Of a DNA stretch of 64,000 nt, positions 17,669-34,602 are shown in pieces (within the stretch, counting starts at the first letter, position 1; every line of letters starts with the position of its first letter). The DNA comes from the human T2T-CHM13v2.0 reference genome, Homo sapiens, in NCBI RefSeq assembly GCF_009914755.1, contig NC_060938.1; one strand, given 5' to 3'. Made by a program: the position numbers and the translations under genes. The notes below the pieces were generated by a model. That model saw only the letters and a program-made list of their open reading frames with translations, had not been told where the DNA came from and searched no databases.

Positions 17669-17997
17669 ATTTTTGTTTTGTTTTGTTTTGTTTTTTTGTT
17701 TTGTTTTTTTTTTTTTTTTTTTGCAGAGTCTCACTCTGTCGCTTAGGCATGAGTGCAGTGGTGCAGTCTTGGCTCACTGCAACTTCCACCTCTCGGGTTC
17801 AAGTGATTCTCCTGCCTCAGCTTCCTGAGTAGCTGGGATTACAGGTGCATGCCACCACACCTGGCTAATTTTTGTGTTTTTAGTAGACGGGGTTTCACCA
17901 TGTTGATCAGGCTGGTCTCAAACTCCTGACCTCATAACCCACCCACCTCGGCCTCCCACAGTGCTGAGATTACAGGGGTGAGCCACCACGCCTGGCC
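17669..17997 (-). mobile_element. Alu (AluS-like) with (TTTTG)n tail
   Basis: Reverse dimer. Confidence 0.93.
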
Positions 17998-18802
17998 TTG
18001 AATTTTTACAGCTTATCCATAGTTAAGAATTAGCTATACACTGTTAAATTAGCTTGAACTTATTTGTTTCTCTGCCCCGTGAATCTCCTATATAAAATGT
18101 TCACATACTTCAGTTAGCATGAATCAGAAATGGGGACCTAAAACGGAAAAAGACAGCTTAGTACTGGTTGAGTTGATGAGCTGTTTAATAAGAGAAAGTT
18201 AGTAACTAACCTGTTGCAAATTACGTTTTAATGTGTTTATTAGCACATTTAGATATTTTGTATTTCATTCTTCTAATTTCTGCATAGTATACAGGTGTAT
18301 TAAGGATTAAAAGAAAATCAGAGTGTTCATGTGTCATTTCTGCCCCCTTACTATTCATGCAGCAGGCTCCAGGAATGTTAGAGGTTAAGGAGGTTGGGTT
18401 TCTGTATCTCCTATTTCCCACCTGTAGATCCATAGCAACAGTGGATCAGGGCAGGAAGCAAGCACATAAAGTGGAGTTTCCCTTCTAGTTCGTATCTTTG
18501 AGAAGAAACTATAGTGTTTCCAGGAGTGAATGATGGCATAGACTAGGACTTAAGAGACATGATGACGTAGCTTTCGTCTGGGTGCCTCTACTGAGTGCTT
18601 ATATGACCTTAGGAGCCTCACTTTCCTCATCTATAAAGTGGAGTGGCTAGACTGAGTGATTTCTTAAGTCTTTTTTAGCTCAAACATTTTATGATTCTGA
18701 GATTATAAATAATACATTTTATATTAAGTTATATTAAATTACCCAGCTGACTTAGCCTGATAATCTGTATTTCTCTTTTCTTTCTTTTACAAAATTATAT
18801 AG

Positions 18803-19021
18803 AACTGCTATGATCTTCTGGTCAGAAAGAAAAGACTTATTGTTCTCTTCAGCCACTGGTTACTTCATGCCTATGGAATAATCTCCATTTCCAGAGTGGA
18901 TAAACTTGAGCAAGATTTGCCCCTTTTGGCTTTGGTACCTACACCAGCCCTTTTTTACTTGTTCACTGCAAAATTTACCGAACCTTCAAGGATACTCTCA
19001 GAAGGAGCCAATGGACACTGA
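18803..19021 (+). CDS. JKAMP: JKAMP exon 7 coding part (NCYDLLVRKKRLIVLFSHWLLHAYG...SRILSEGANGH*)
   Basis: AG at 18801-18802, TGA at 19019-19021. Exons 2-7 total 932 nt; adding an ATGG first exon gives 311 aa, the length I recall for JKAMP. Confidence 0.96.
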   Translation, partial: NCYDLLVRKKRLIVLFSHWLLHAYGIISISRVDKLEQDLPLLALVPTPALFYLFTAKFTEPSRILSEGANGH

Positions 19022-20021
19022 GTGTAGACATGTGAAATGCCAAAAACCTGAGAAGTGCTCCTAATAAAAAAGTAAATCAATCTTAACAGTGTATGAGAAC
19101 TATTCTATCATATATGGGAACAAGATTGTCAGTATATCTTAATGTTTGGGTTTGTCTTTGTTTTGTTTATGGTTAGACTTACAGACTTGGAAAATGCAAA
19201 ACTCTGTAATACTCTGTTACACAGGGTAATATTATCTGCTACACTGGAAGGCCGCTAGGAAGCCCTTGCGTCTCTCAACAGTTCAGCTGTTCTTTAGGGC
19301 AAAATCATGTTTCTGTGTACCTAGCAATGTGTTCCCATTTTATTAAGAAAAGCTTTAACACGTGTAATCTGCAGTCCTTAACAGTGGCGTAATTGTACGT
19401 ACCTGTTGTGTTTCAGTTTGTTTTTCACCTATAATGAATTGTAAAAACAAACATACTTGTGGGGTCTGATAGCAAACATAGAAATGATGTATATTGTTTT
19501 TTGTTATCTATTTATTTTCATCAATACAGTATTTTGATGTATTGCAAAAATAGATAATAATTTATATAACAGGTTTTCTGTTTATAGATTGGTTCAAGAT
19601 TTGTTTGGATTATTGTTCCTGTAAAGAAAACAATAATAAAAAGCTTACCTACATAAAATTTCAATGTTTTGACACTTAATTGTTGTTTGGCACAATAGTA
19701 TGGAAGTAATTCAAACTGGTAAATAGTTTCCTCTCATATCTCGGGTATATATACATACCATATTTTATTGATCCAGAGATACTTATTTCACTTTGTGACA
19801 TCTCTGAATTAGGATGCATCTTACAACTGATGGCTTATTAGATTTAATGAAATACAGAAGATACACAGTATAAAAAGGGTTTTCCTGTGGTTGGTTTGTG
19901 GTTTGTGATAGGTGTTCTGTGATGTTTATGCTTTGAAGGCCTTAAGACTCATGGTTGCAACCATGGAAGCAAAATGAAATTTTTAGCTCTTAACCTAACA
20001 ACCTGACCATGTTTATCCATT

Positions 20022-20027
20022 TTTATT
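20022..20027 (-). terminator. CCDC175: Candidate CCDC175 poly(A) signal (further candidates at 19764-19769, 19511-19516, 19339-19344)
   Basis: First minus-strand AATAAA downstream of the CCDC175 stop codon. Confidence 0.5.
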
Positions 20028-20187
20028 GTTTAGAAGTTTATTTACTGATACTTGGTGGAGGTTGTGTGAATTAGTTAAATTTTAAATGTTTAAGACTTCT
20101 ATTAACAGCTGCAAAATATGAAAGTAAGTGCACTCACTTTTCCTGTAGTAGTCTGTCTTTTGAATTCACAGCAGTTGTATCCTTGAG

Positions 20188-20331
<144 letters not shown>

Positions 20332-20800
20332 TCATTAAAATTCTGAGTTGCCCAAAGAATCCTCAATTGAGTAATTGTATAATCGGGGTAGAGTAGGGAG
20401 GGTGTCATGTGTCTGATTACTAGGACTATATCTTCTGGTCCACTTGGGGCCATTTTTACAATCATTTTTTTCATATGTCCTGTTCTAGCAGAAAAGTATA
20501 TATGCAAAAGAAGAAATTACAATTACAAGGCCTCACGGGCAAATAATTTCCACAATACTTAATATGTATCTGCATTTTTAATTTGCTTTGGTAAAAATAA
20601 GACTAGAACAACTTATAGCCACTGTAGTTGCTAATTTTACTAAATAATTTGTTAAAACGTGGTCATAAGAAATTTAAAAATCAACCCTTGTCTTTGTTAA
20701 GTTTTGACTTAGGCCCTTGTAGCACATCACAATCCTTATCACTACAGTGTATGGTACTTTTGCTAACCAGTCCTGAAGAGGTAATTTAAAAGTCAAAATA

Positions 20801-21036
20801 CAGGTTGAATATCTCATATTCAAAAATGCTTGAGACCAGAAGTGTTTCGAATTTCGGGTATTTTCAGATTTTGGAATATTTGCATTATACTTACAGTTCA
20901 GTATCCGTAATCCTAAAATCTGAAATCTTAAATTCTCAAAGAGGATTTTCTTTGAGCGTCATATTGGTGCTGAAAAAGCTTTGAGTTTTGGAGCACTTTG
21001 GATTTTTGGATTTTCAGACCAGGGATACTAAATCTG
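20801..21036. mobile_element. Tigger4a/MER46-like non-autonomous DNA transposon
   Basis: TA|CAGGTTGAATATC... terminal inverted repeat with ...GGATACTAAATCTG; internal palindromic gattttgga repeats. Confidence 0.8.
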
Positions 21037-21109
21037 TGTTTTCTTGATTAATTTGGGTCAGTTAGTTGATAAATTTAATAACTACCTTGTTATATAGTTG
21101 TCTAAAACT

Positions 21110-21592
21110 ATTGGTTTGCGAGACTATTGCACATTGAAGCCATCTGGAGAGATTTAAAAAAATAATGCCTGGGCCCCACACCCAGAGATTCATGTTGAAT
21201 TGGTCTGTGTTTGAGCACAGGGATTTTTTTTTTTTTTCTTTTTTTTTTTTTGAGACAGTGTCTCGCTCTGTCACCCAGGCTGAAAGTGCAGTGATGCGAT
21301 CTCGGCTCACTGCAACCTCCACCTCCTGGGTTCAAGTGATTCTCATGCCTCAGCCTCCCAAGCAGCTGGGATTATAGGTGCCCGCCATGACACCCAGCTA
21401 ATTTTTGTATTTGTAGTAGAAATGGGGTTTCACCCTGTTGGTCAGGCTGGTCTTGCACTCCTGACCTCAAGTGATCTGCTCACCTCAGCCTCCCAAAGTA
21501 CTGGGATTAGAGGCATGGGCCACCACACCCAGCTGAGCACAGGGGTTTTTTAAAATCTCCAGGTGATTCTAATGTTTGAGAACCACTGATCT
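21110..21592. mobile_element. MER5-like element interrupted by a minus-strand Alu (21224-21534, TSD GAGCACAGGG)
   Basis: gggccccacacccagagattc...ccaggtgattctaatg...gagaaccactg motifs on either side of the Alu. Confidence 0.8.
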
Positions 21593-22778
21593 AAACTCCT
21601 CCTATTTCAGATCTTAATTTTTCCAAGAGACAAGTACTAGGCAAATGATTTTCTTTCTTCTCACTGAAATTTTGATTCTGCTTTAATTATAAGGAGGTGT
21701 TTTTGTAGACTTAATCAAAATGTAGATGATTGTATCAAGCCCCTCATCACAATAACAGAGATAACTTTGACAGTTATATACATTGATTTTTTTAATGTTT
21801 CTTTTAAAGTACCTCATCCTAAAAATGTCTTCCATAGCCCATGTATCAATATATTTGGTTAATACACAAATTATTTATGTAACCTAACATAATATATGAT
21901 GTAATACTCAAGGACTTTTGTAATTTTAAGACAAAATTCTTTTTACTTTAAAAATAACTGTACTAAGTTACTGTTTAGCTTACATACACACTAAGAATTA
22001 ACTTATTTACCTTTGATTTACAAGAAATAAAATTAAGGCAAAAAGTAAGTTTTTAGTAATTAGTTTTCAGGAAGAAGTCTGGCCTTTAATGTTCTGACAA
22101 GCCTATTCCACACTTGCTGGTTGGTTCCCCCAGCAGATCTCCACTCAGCCTTGCTACTTGGCAGTTCTTGACCAGCTTATGTCTGTGCTTCTCCTTTGGG
22201 AAGATAGCCCTGTGTACTCCAACATCCAATAAGACACAGCTTTACCCTCTGATAGCCACTTTCTAGAAGGAATCCAATGTATTTTCATCAGCTCTTCAAT
22301 TGTCTTGTTTCTCACAGGGTATGCACTTTAAGGTTCAGGGCCTGGAGTTTATTCAACTTTGTCACTGTAACATCTGCTCCAGTGTCAGGCTCCAAAGTGC
22401 CCAATGTTAATGAAGCTAGTGCAGTGATCCTGGAGAGGGCAGGACCTGCAGGGCTGCAGTGACTATCATGGCCAGAAGAGGACAGTAGAGGGGTGCTGAA
22501 CTGAGATAAGGGCTTCTCCAGAAGTCCTGTGGCAGAACCCATTCAACAGGGAACATTCAAAAGCTGGGAGGTTACAGGTGGCTCAGAGATGGCCAAGGAC
22601 TTGAATAGTAAATTCAGATTTTACTATCACCTCTCCAGGAGGGTGGTAGGTTTCAGGGATCTGATGAGTGCCTAATATGGGTCTGGTGTTTTATAACTCC
22701 TGTTAGTTTTATCAGTGGTATTTTGCAACTGGGGAGACTGAGGAGTGGAGGTTAGATAACATGTAAGAAGCAGAGCTT

Positions 22779-23344
22779 AGCTGGCATGGTGGCTCACACC
22801 TGTAGGGAGCTGAAGGCCTGTGGGATGTGACCAACTCAGCATTCCGCTGGAGGCTATATGACCAAACAGCAAACTGTTTATCATGAACGCAGGATGTGAG
22901 CAAACTCACACTGCCTTGCCACCAAAAGGTTTGCTGAGGGCCTCACTCCCTGGCACTGGGTTCCTTGAAGTTACCTATTGAGAAATCTAGTGCCTATTGT
23001 TCTAAGAATGCAGTCTTACAAGCCTGCTGTGAATCAAGCTGCTGGCGGACAATCACCCCCGACCCCCCACACACCTCGCTATCTCTTTTGCTTAATAAAT
23101 ACAGAGGGCTGTGTAAAGTTCAGGGCACTTGTCCACTAGAGGCAAGGTGCCCCCTGACCCCTTCTTCCAAATATACTCTCTTGTCTTTGTCTTTTATTCC
23201 CGCGTTCGCCCCGCTTTGTTTAGTCCAATAGGTCCATGGCACACACATATAATCCCAGCACTTTAGGAGGCTGAGGCAGATGGATTGCTTGAGCTCAGGA
23301 GGTCAAGACCAGCCTGGTCAACATGGCATAACCTCGTCTCCAAA

Positions 23345-23402
<58 letters not shown>

Positions 23403-23548
23403 GCCAGGCACAGTGGCACGTGCCTGTAGTCCCTGCTACTTGGGAGACTGAGGTGAGAGGATTGCTTGAGACTGGGAGGCAGAGGTTGCAGTCCAACCTG
23501 GGCAACAGGGTGAGAGGCCCTGTCTCAAAAAAAAAAAAAAAAAAAAAA
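22779..23548 (+). mobile_element. Old Alu split by an LTR3 insertion; (CA)n at 23347-23398 in its middle A-rich linker
   Basis: ggtggctcacacc stops at 22800 and resumes as cacacatataatcccagcac at 23242; A-tail at 23527-23548. Confidence 0.88.
22801..23241 (+). mobile_element. LTR3-family solo LTR (HERV-K HML-6)
   Basis: TG...CA ends, 441 bp, 6-bp TSD CACACC/CACACA, recalled LTR3 motif gtgaccaactcagcattcc.ctggaggctatatg; AATAAA at 23094-23099. Confidence 0.82.
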
Positions 23549-23570
23549 GAGAAAAGCAAGTAATCCTGGC

Positions 23571-23904
23571 TGCTATGGTCTGAGAGTTTGTGTCTCCTCC
23601 AAAATTCCTATGTTGAAACAATCTCCAGTGTGTATTAGGTGTGGCCTTTGGGAGGTGATTAGGTCTTGGGATTCGTGCCCTTATCAAAGAGGCCCCAAGG
23701 TGCTGCCTTACCCCTTAAATGATTTGAGGACACAATGAGGAAGCACCATTCTATGAACCAGAAAGTGGGCCCTCAGCAGAAGCCAAACCTGCCAGTGCCT
23801 TGATCTTGGACTTCCCAGCCTCCAGAACTGTGATAAATAAATTCGTGTTATTTATAAGCTACCCAGTGTACAGAATGTTATGGTAGCCCGAACGAACTAA
23901 GACA
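23571..23904 (+). mobile_element. MLT1A-like MaLR solo LTR
   Basis: tgctatggtctg...ggactTcccagcctccagaactgtga...actaagaca. Confidence 0.85.
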
Positions 23905-24318
23905 GTGCCTGGCTCCATTGCTATAGCAAGTTCTGCATAAACAGCCTCTGCTTATTCTCATTTGGGTGGTCTTTTTATTTACACACTGCCAGTCTCTACT
24001 TGTCATAGATTATCCATCAGACCTCAAAATATATGAAAAAGGAAATATGATATTAGTAATTCAGTGAAACTTTCTCTAAGAGTCTATTTAAATTTGTTGC
24101 AACACAAAGATTCCATCGGGTTTCAGATAAAAACAGAAGATTAATTCATGTGAAGACAGTGCCCTTGACACTTACAGATGATTTAGCTCTCAAAATTTTG
24201 CTTGATCTATAGTTGGAAGGAATGGTCTGGCCTAGCAAAGGAAATACAAATAGAAGCAAGGCCCACAAAGGATCCTTTATGCATTCGTACATCATAAGTA
24301 TCACCAGGCTCATCATGA

Positions 24319-24825
<507 letters not shown>

Positions 24826-25511
24826 TAGTGACTATGCTCTTTAAAATTAAGCCTTGATAAGCACAAATAGATTTGTACACTTGCCAGATGACAGTATTCT
24901 TGTTTCATCACTCCATCTCTCTTCTAAACTCTGTTCTCTTTCCTTCTCCCAAGCTCCCTCTACCCCCACATCCCATCTTCCCAGATGATTCTGTCACTGG
25001 GACCTCTGGGCTGTACCTGTGCAAGGACTCACCTTCAATTCTCACCACTGCCCTAATCTGGAGAGTTCTGTGGCTATGTCTAACATGACATTATTGTGGG
25101 GATTGAGGATGAAGCTGATACGCCTCTGGAGAGACTGGACTGCTTGCTCATGAGTCAAGCATGTTAGATATGATGTGTTAACATCTCAGAAGCCCCCGCA
25201 GCCATCACTAGATTTTTCTGAGAAGGTAACAGTTGCTATTTTTAATGCTAAACTCAGTTCAGGAAGAAAATGTAAAATTATATTCAACTTCTGTTTAAGA
25301 AGACTAAAAAATGTGTAAAAGAGTTTAAAAAGCCTTCTCTGGAAAAATGTTTAAAATAAACTTTTTAAAAAAATTATAAAGAAGATTTAGTTATCTAGAA
25401 AATTCTCTTAGGTGAAAGGCAGAATTGGATAACACTACAAGAGTATTCAACCCCAAATAAGTATCAATGTTCAATTGAATGTTTGTGGCATAATTGGGGA
25501 TAACTAAGTCA

Positions 25512-25769
<258 letters not shown>

Positions 25770-26726
25770 CTAAAGAAATGGCATTTTAGGCTGTGTCAAT
25801 ATAAATTGCTACAACATAAATAAATACACATTCTAAGTGGATCATGTCCAAAAAAAATATTATATATGCATAATTGGTATCAGTCATAAAAATAAGTGCA
25901 TGTGTACACAGCCAATTCACAAAGTTCTGTACATAATCTTGGAAAAATGGATTATGAAGTGAGAAGAATAATGGAATGCTCACTGAACTCAAATTTTTAA
26001 GTGGATAATGGTAGCCATGGTGGTGGCAGCATAAAAAGCTAGTTTCACCCTCAGAGAAGCACAGAGCTGAAGAGATTCAGCCTAACAGAAGGAACTTTGG
26101 AATCAGGCAGGATCTGGGTTGTAAATTCCCATATGTTCATGAACTGTTTGGTCTTGGACAAGTTACATAAACCCTCTGGGCCTCCGCAGCTCCATGTGAA
26201 AAAGACATTTTAACGCTTTCCTAGTCCAGTGTTTTAATACTTAAATGAGGATTATGTGTAAACTTTAAATACTTAGAAAGTGGCAGAGCCAGGATTTTGA
26301 CCCCAGCCTATCTAACTCTGAAGTGGGGAGGGTGCAGATGTTGCACTGGTAAAACATGAAGAGGTAAGGAGTCCAGAACTGACAACTTTGTCCTGAACCA
26401 AAATGTGTTCATTTGGGGCATGCAAAAAACAGTCTTTCCCACCTTATCTGAGTGGTAGAGTGGGAAGACAGTTTCCCAAAGAATTAAGATTTCACAGTGA
26501 TATTTGGTAAAAAAAAAAAAAAAAAAAAAAAAGACACATTTTAGGAGGTGGTGGTCACAGTAGCATCTAGGACTGCAGGGGAGTGAGAGAGCTAGTGTGA
26601 ATTTCCACCCTGATGTGCGTGCATGCAGGTGCACACAGACACAAAAGCACACACACTTATTAGGTAGGTAAACATTTTTGGAAATATGATATTTATATGG
26701 AGGCAACAGACACACGCAAAACTCAC

Positions 26727-26770
26727 CTTAACTGTGGTCTGAAATTCAGCCCACAAATCCTTATATTGTG
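26727..26770 (-). CDS. CCDC175: CCDC175 44-nt exon ((A)QYKDLWAEFQTTVK)
   Basis: tttattttag| acceptor and AAG|GTGAGT donor; phase 1 to 0 bridges its neighbours. Confidence 0.9.
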
Positions 26771-27284
26771 CTAAAATAAAGATTTAAAAAATACAATGGT
26801 TACTGACACAATCTGAACATTTTAATAAAAGTCGTGTTATTCATTTTTGTTTTTTCAAAAATTATTTTTATCTAAAAATGTCTAGTTCCAAAATGACAGA
26901 ATAACTGAATTGGACCTGCCCTCCCACTGCAAACAAATAGAAGAAAGAAGCAAAACATATGAAAGAAATGTTTTCAGATGTTGAAGAATGGGCAGCCCAG
27001 GACTGTGACACCTGGAAGAGAAACAAAGGAGGTGGGTCCTGCAATCACCCAGCTTTCCACTGGGGGGCACTTTCCAGACCACAGCACTGGCACAGCAGGG
27101 TGGTCTTAACACAGACACAAAAAGATTAGCAAACTGAATCCAGCAATAGCCAAGAACAATAAAAGCTTTTGAACAAGTGGGCTTTATGCTAAGAATGGGA
27201 GCTTGGTTTAAAAGTCAGACTCAATCAGTGCAACTTACCACACGAACAGCATAAAGGAGTAATACTAGCTGAGCATCTCAGTGG

Positions 27285-27618
27285 CTGTCTGAGCAGCTGA
27301 GGCCAGTCACAAAGGCACTCTGTGCCCGCATGACTGACCATCTTCCCGCCCCATAAGTACTCTGGACACTCAAGCCTGGGTGAGCCTCCCTGGTTGGCAA
27401 CACTTTGTATGTGGAGTCACACGTTGTTGGGGAAATTAAGTGCATCCCTGAGAAGGTTGCTCCAGATTTCCTTCATACTTTGCCCTCTGTGCCTTTTCCC
27501 TTTGCTGATTTTACTCTATCTTTCACTGGAATAACAATAACCATAACAATTTTTGAGTCCTGTGAATCATTTTAGCTAATCATTAAGCCTAAGGGTAGTC
27601 CTGGGATACCTGATACTA
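27285..27618 (+). mobile_element. MER21-like LTR fragment within old L1M sequence
   Basis: gggtgagcctccctggttggcaacac...gccttttccctttgctgatttta...gagtcctgtga motifs. Confidence 0.65.
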
Positions 27619-27770
27619 CACTACAGCTGCACAATTTTTTTGAGATAAAGACCTAAATAAATGGAGATAAATACTATATTCTTGGATTAGAAAATATAAT
27701 TTCATTAAAAAGTCTATTCTTCCAACATTGACTTATAGATTCAACACAAACCCAATTAAGATCTCAGCAG

Positions 27771-27772
<2 letters not shown>

Positions 27773-27812
<40 letters not shown>
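27773..27812. repeat. (GT)n microsatellite, about 20 units
   Basis: Seen directly in the sequence. Confidence 0.95.
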
Positions 27813-27816
<4 letters not shown>

Positions 27817-29173
27817 TAGGTGATTCTAAAATGTATATGGAAATCAAAGAATTTAGAATAGTGAAAATAATTTTAAAAGACAAGCATACAGGTGAAGAAT
27901 TCTATTACCTGATGTTCAGACTGCATGTGAAGCTATAGTAATTAAGACAGTGTGATATTGGTATAAAGTTAGGCATTTAGAATAAAGGAACAACCACATA
28001 AAATTGATTTTTGAAAAGTTGCTAGGGTAATACAATGGCAAAAGCATAGTCTTTTCAAAAATAGTACTGGAACAACTGGATGTGTGTAAGAGAAAACAAT
28101 GAAATTCAAGCATTGCTTCACATCATATAAAAAAGTTCACTTGAGGGGGGTGGAGCCAAGATGGCCGAATAGGAACAGCTCCAGTCTACAGCTCCCAACG
28201 TCAGCGACGCAGAAGACGGGTGATTTCTGCATTTCCAACTGAGGTACTGGGTTCATCTCACTGGGGAGTGTCAGAAAGTGGGTGCAGGACAGTGGGTGCA
28301 GTGCACCGAGCGTGAGCCAAAGCAGGGGGAGGCATTGCCTCACCTGGGAAGTGGAAGGGGTCAGGGAATTCCCTTTCCTAGTCAAAGAAAGGGGTGATGG
28401 ATGGCACCTGGAAAATCAAGTCACTCCCACCCCAATATGGTGCTTTTCCAACTGTCTTAGCAAACGGCACAGCAAGAGATTATATCCCGTGCCTGGCTTG
28501 GAGGGTCCTATGCCCACGGAGCCTCACTCATTGCTAGCACAGCAGTCTGAGATCAAACTGCAAGGCAGCAGCGAGGCTGGGGGAGGGGTGCCTGCCATTG
28601 CTGAGGCTTGACTAGGTAAACAAAGCAGCCTGGAAGCTCAAACTGGGTAGAGCCCACCGCAGCTCAAGGAGGCCTGCCTGCCTCTGTAGACTCCACCTCT
28701 GGGGGCAGGGCATTGCCAAACAAAAGGCAGCAGAATCCTCTGCAGATTTAAATGTCCCTGTCTGACAGCTTTGAAGAGAGTAGGGGTTCTCCTAGCACGC
28801 AGCTGGAGATCTGAGAATGGACAGACTGCCTCCTCAAGCACGTCCTTGACCCCCGAGTAGCGTAACTGGGAGGCACCTCCTAGTAGGGGCAGACTGACAC
28901 CTCACATGGCCGGGTACTCCTCTGAGACAAAACTTCCAGAGGCATGATCAGGCAGCAACATTTGATGTTCACCAATATCCGCTGTTCTGCAGCCTCCGCT
29001 GCTGATACCCAGGCAAACGGGGTCTGGAGTGGACCTCCAGCAAACTCCAACAGACCTGCAGCTGAAGGTCCTGACTGTTAGAAGGAAAACTAAAAAACAG
29101 AAAGGACATCCACACCAAAACCCCATCTGTACGTCACCATCATCAAAGACCAAAGGTAGATAAAACCACAAAG

Positions 29174-30190
29174 ATGGGGAAAAAACAGAGCAGAAAAACT
29201 GGAAATTCTAAAAATCAGAGTGCCTCTCTTCCTCCAAAGGAACGCAGCTCCTCACCAGCAATGGAACAAAGTTGGACAGAGAATGACTTTGATGAGTTGA
29301 GAGAAGAAGGCTTCAGACGATCAAACTACTCAGAGCTAAAGGTGGAAGTTCAAACCCATGTCAAAGAAGTTAAAAACCTTGAAAAAAAATTAGACGAATG
29401 GCTAACTAGAATAACCAATGCGGAGAAGTCCTTACAGGACCTGATGGAGCTGAAAAACAAGGCACGAGAACTACATGACAAATGCATAAGCCTCAGTAGC
29501 CGATTAGATCAACTGGAAGAAAGGCTATCAGTGATGGAAGATCAAATGAATGAAATGAAGCGAGAAGAGAAGTTTAGAGAAAAAAGAATAAAAAGAAATG
29601 AACAAAGCCTCCAAGAAATATGGGACTATGTGAAAAGACCAAATCTACGTCTGATTGGTGTACCTGAAAGTGACAGGGAGAATGGAACCAAGTTGGAAAA
29701 CACTCTGCAGGATATCATACAGGAGAACTTCCCCAATCTAGCAAGGCAGGCCAACATTCAAATTCAGGAAATACAGAGAATGCCACAAAGATACTCCTCC
29801 AGAAGAGCAACTCCAAGACACATAATTGTCAGATTCACCAAAGTTGAAATGAAGGAAAAAATGTTAAGGGCAGCCAGAGAGAAAGGTCGGGTTACCCACA
29901 AAGGGAAGCCCAGCAGACTAACAGCTGACCTCTCAGCAGAAACACTACAAGCCAGAAGAGAGTGGGGGCCAATATTCAACTTTCTTAAAGAAAAGAATTT
30001 TCAACCCAGAATTTAATATCCAGCCAAACTAAGCTTCATAAATGAAGGAGAAATAAAATCCTTTATAGACAAGCAAATGATGAGAGATTTTGTCACCACC
30101 AGGCCTGCCCTACAAGAGCTCCTGAAGGAAGCACTAAACATGGAAAGGAACAACCGGTACCAGCCACTGAAAAAGCATGCCAAATTGTAA
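29174..30190 (+). pseudogene. L1 ORF1p pseudogene (338-codon frame with a nonsense codon at 30014-30016)
   Basis: MGKKQSRKTGNSK...; TAA after ENFQPRI-like motif (KNFQPRI); native stop in the same frame at 30188-30190. Confidence 0.93.
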
Positions 30191-30253
30191 AGACCATTGA
30201 GGCTAGGAAGAAACTGCATCAACTAACAAGCAAAATAACCAGCTAACATCATA

Positions 30254-34078
<3,825 letters not shown>

Positions 34079-34602
34079 ACAATGAGAACACTTGGACACA
34101 GGAAGGGGAACATCACATACCAGGGCCTGTTGTCGGTGGGTTATGAGGGAGGGATAGCATTTGGAGATATACCTAATGTTAAATGATGAGTTACAGGGTT
34201 CAGCACACTAACATGGCACATGTATACATATGTAACTAACCTGCACATTGTGCACATGTACCGTAAAACTTAAAGTATAGTAATAAAAAAAAAGTTCACT
34301 TGAAATGAATTAGAAATCTAGACATAAACACTGAAACTAAAAAAATTATACAAGAAAATATTGAAGAGCCTGGGGTAGGCACAAATGTTTTAGGCAGGAA
34401 ACAAAAAGTACTACCTTAAAAGACAAAATCGATAGATGGGCTTCGTTCAAATGAAAAAATGTTTACTCTTTCTGAGACACCATGAAGAAAATGAAAAGTC
34501 AAGCTTCAGACAGAAAAAGGACTCATTTCCAGAAAACGTAAAGATTTTAACTGGATAATAGGAAAACAACACAAAGCAATGAGTAAAAGATTTGGACAGA
34601 CA

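Noticed and set aside
18426-18447. GATCCA-TAGCAACAG-TGGATC hairpin / RFX X-box-like site
   Set aside because: Only a 6-bp stem and a half-site match; expected by chance.
26771-26872. Open stretch upstream of the 44-nt CCDC175 exon as a lost exon extension
   Set aside because: The open frame is not the exon frame, which has a TAA a few codons upstream; AT-rich chance ORF.
28524-28598. Intact L1 ORF0 or an ORF0-CCDC175 fusion protein
   Set aside because: TGA at codon 25 precedes the usable splice donor at 28344.
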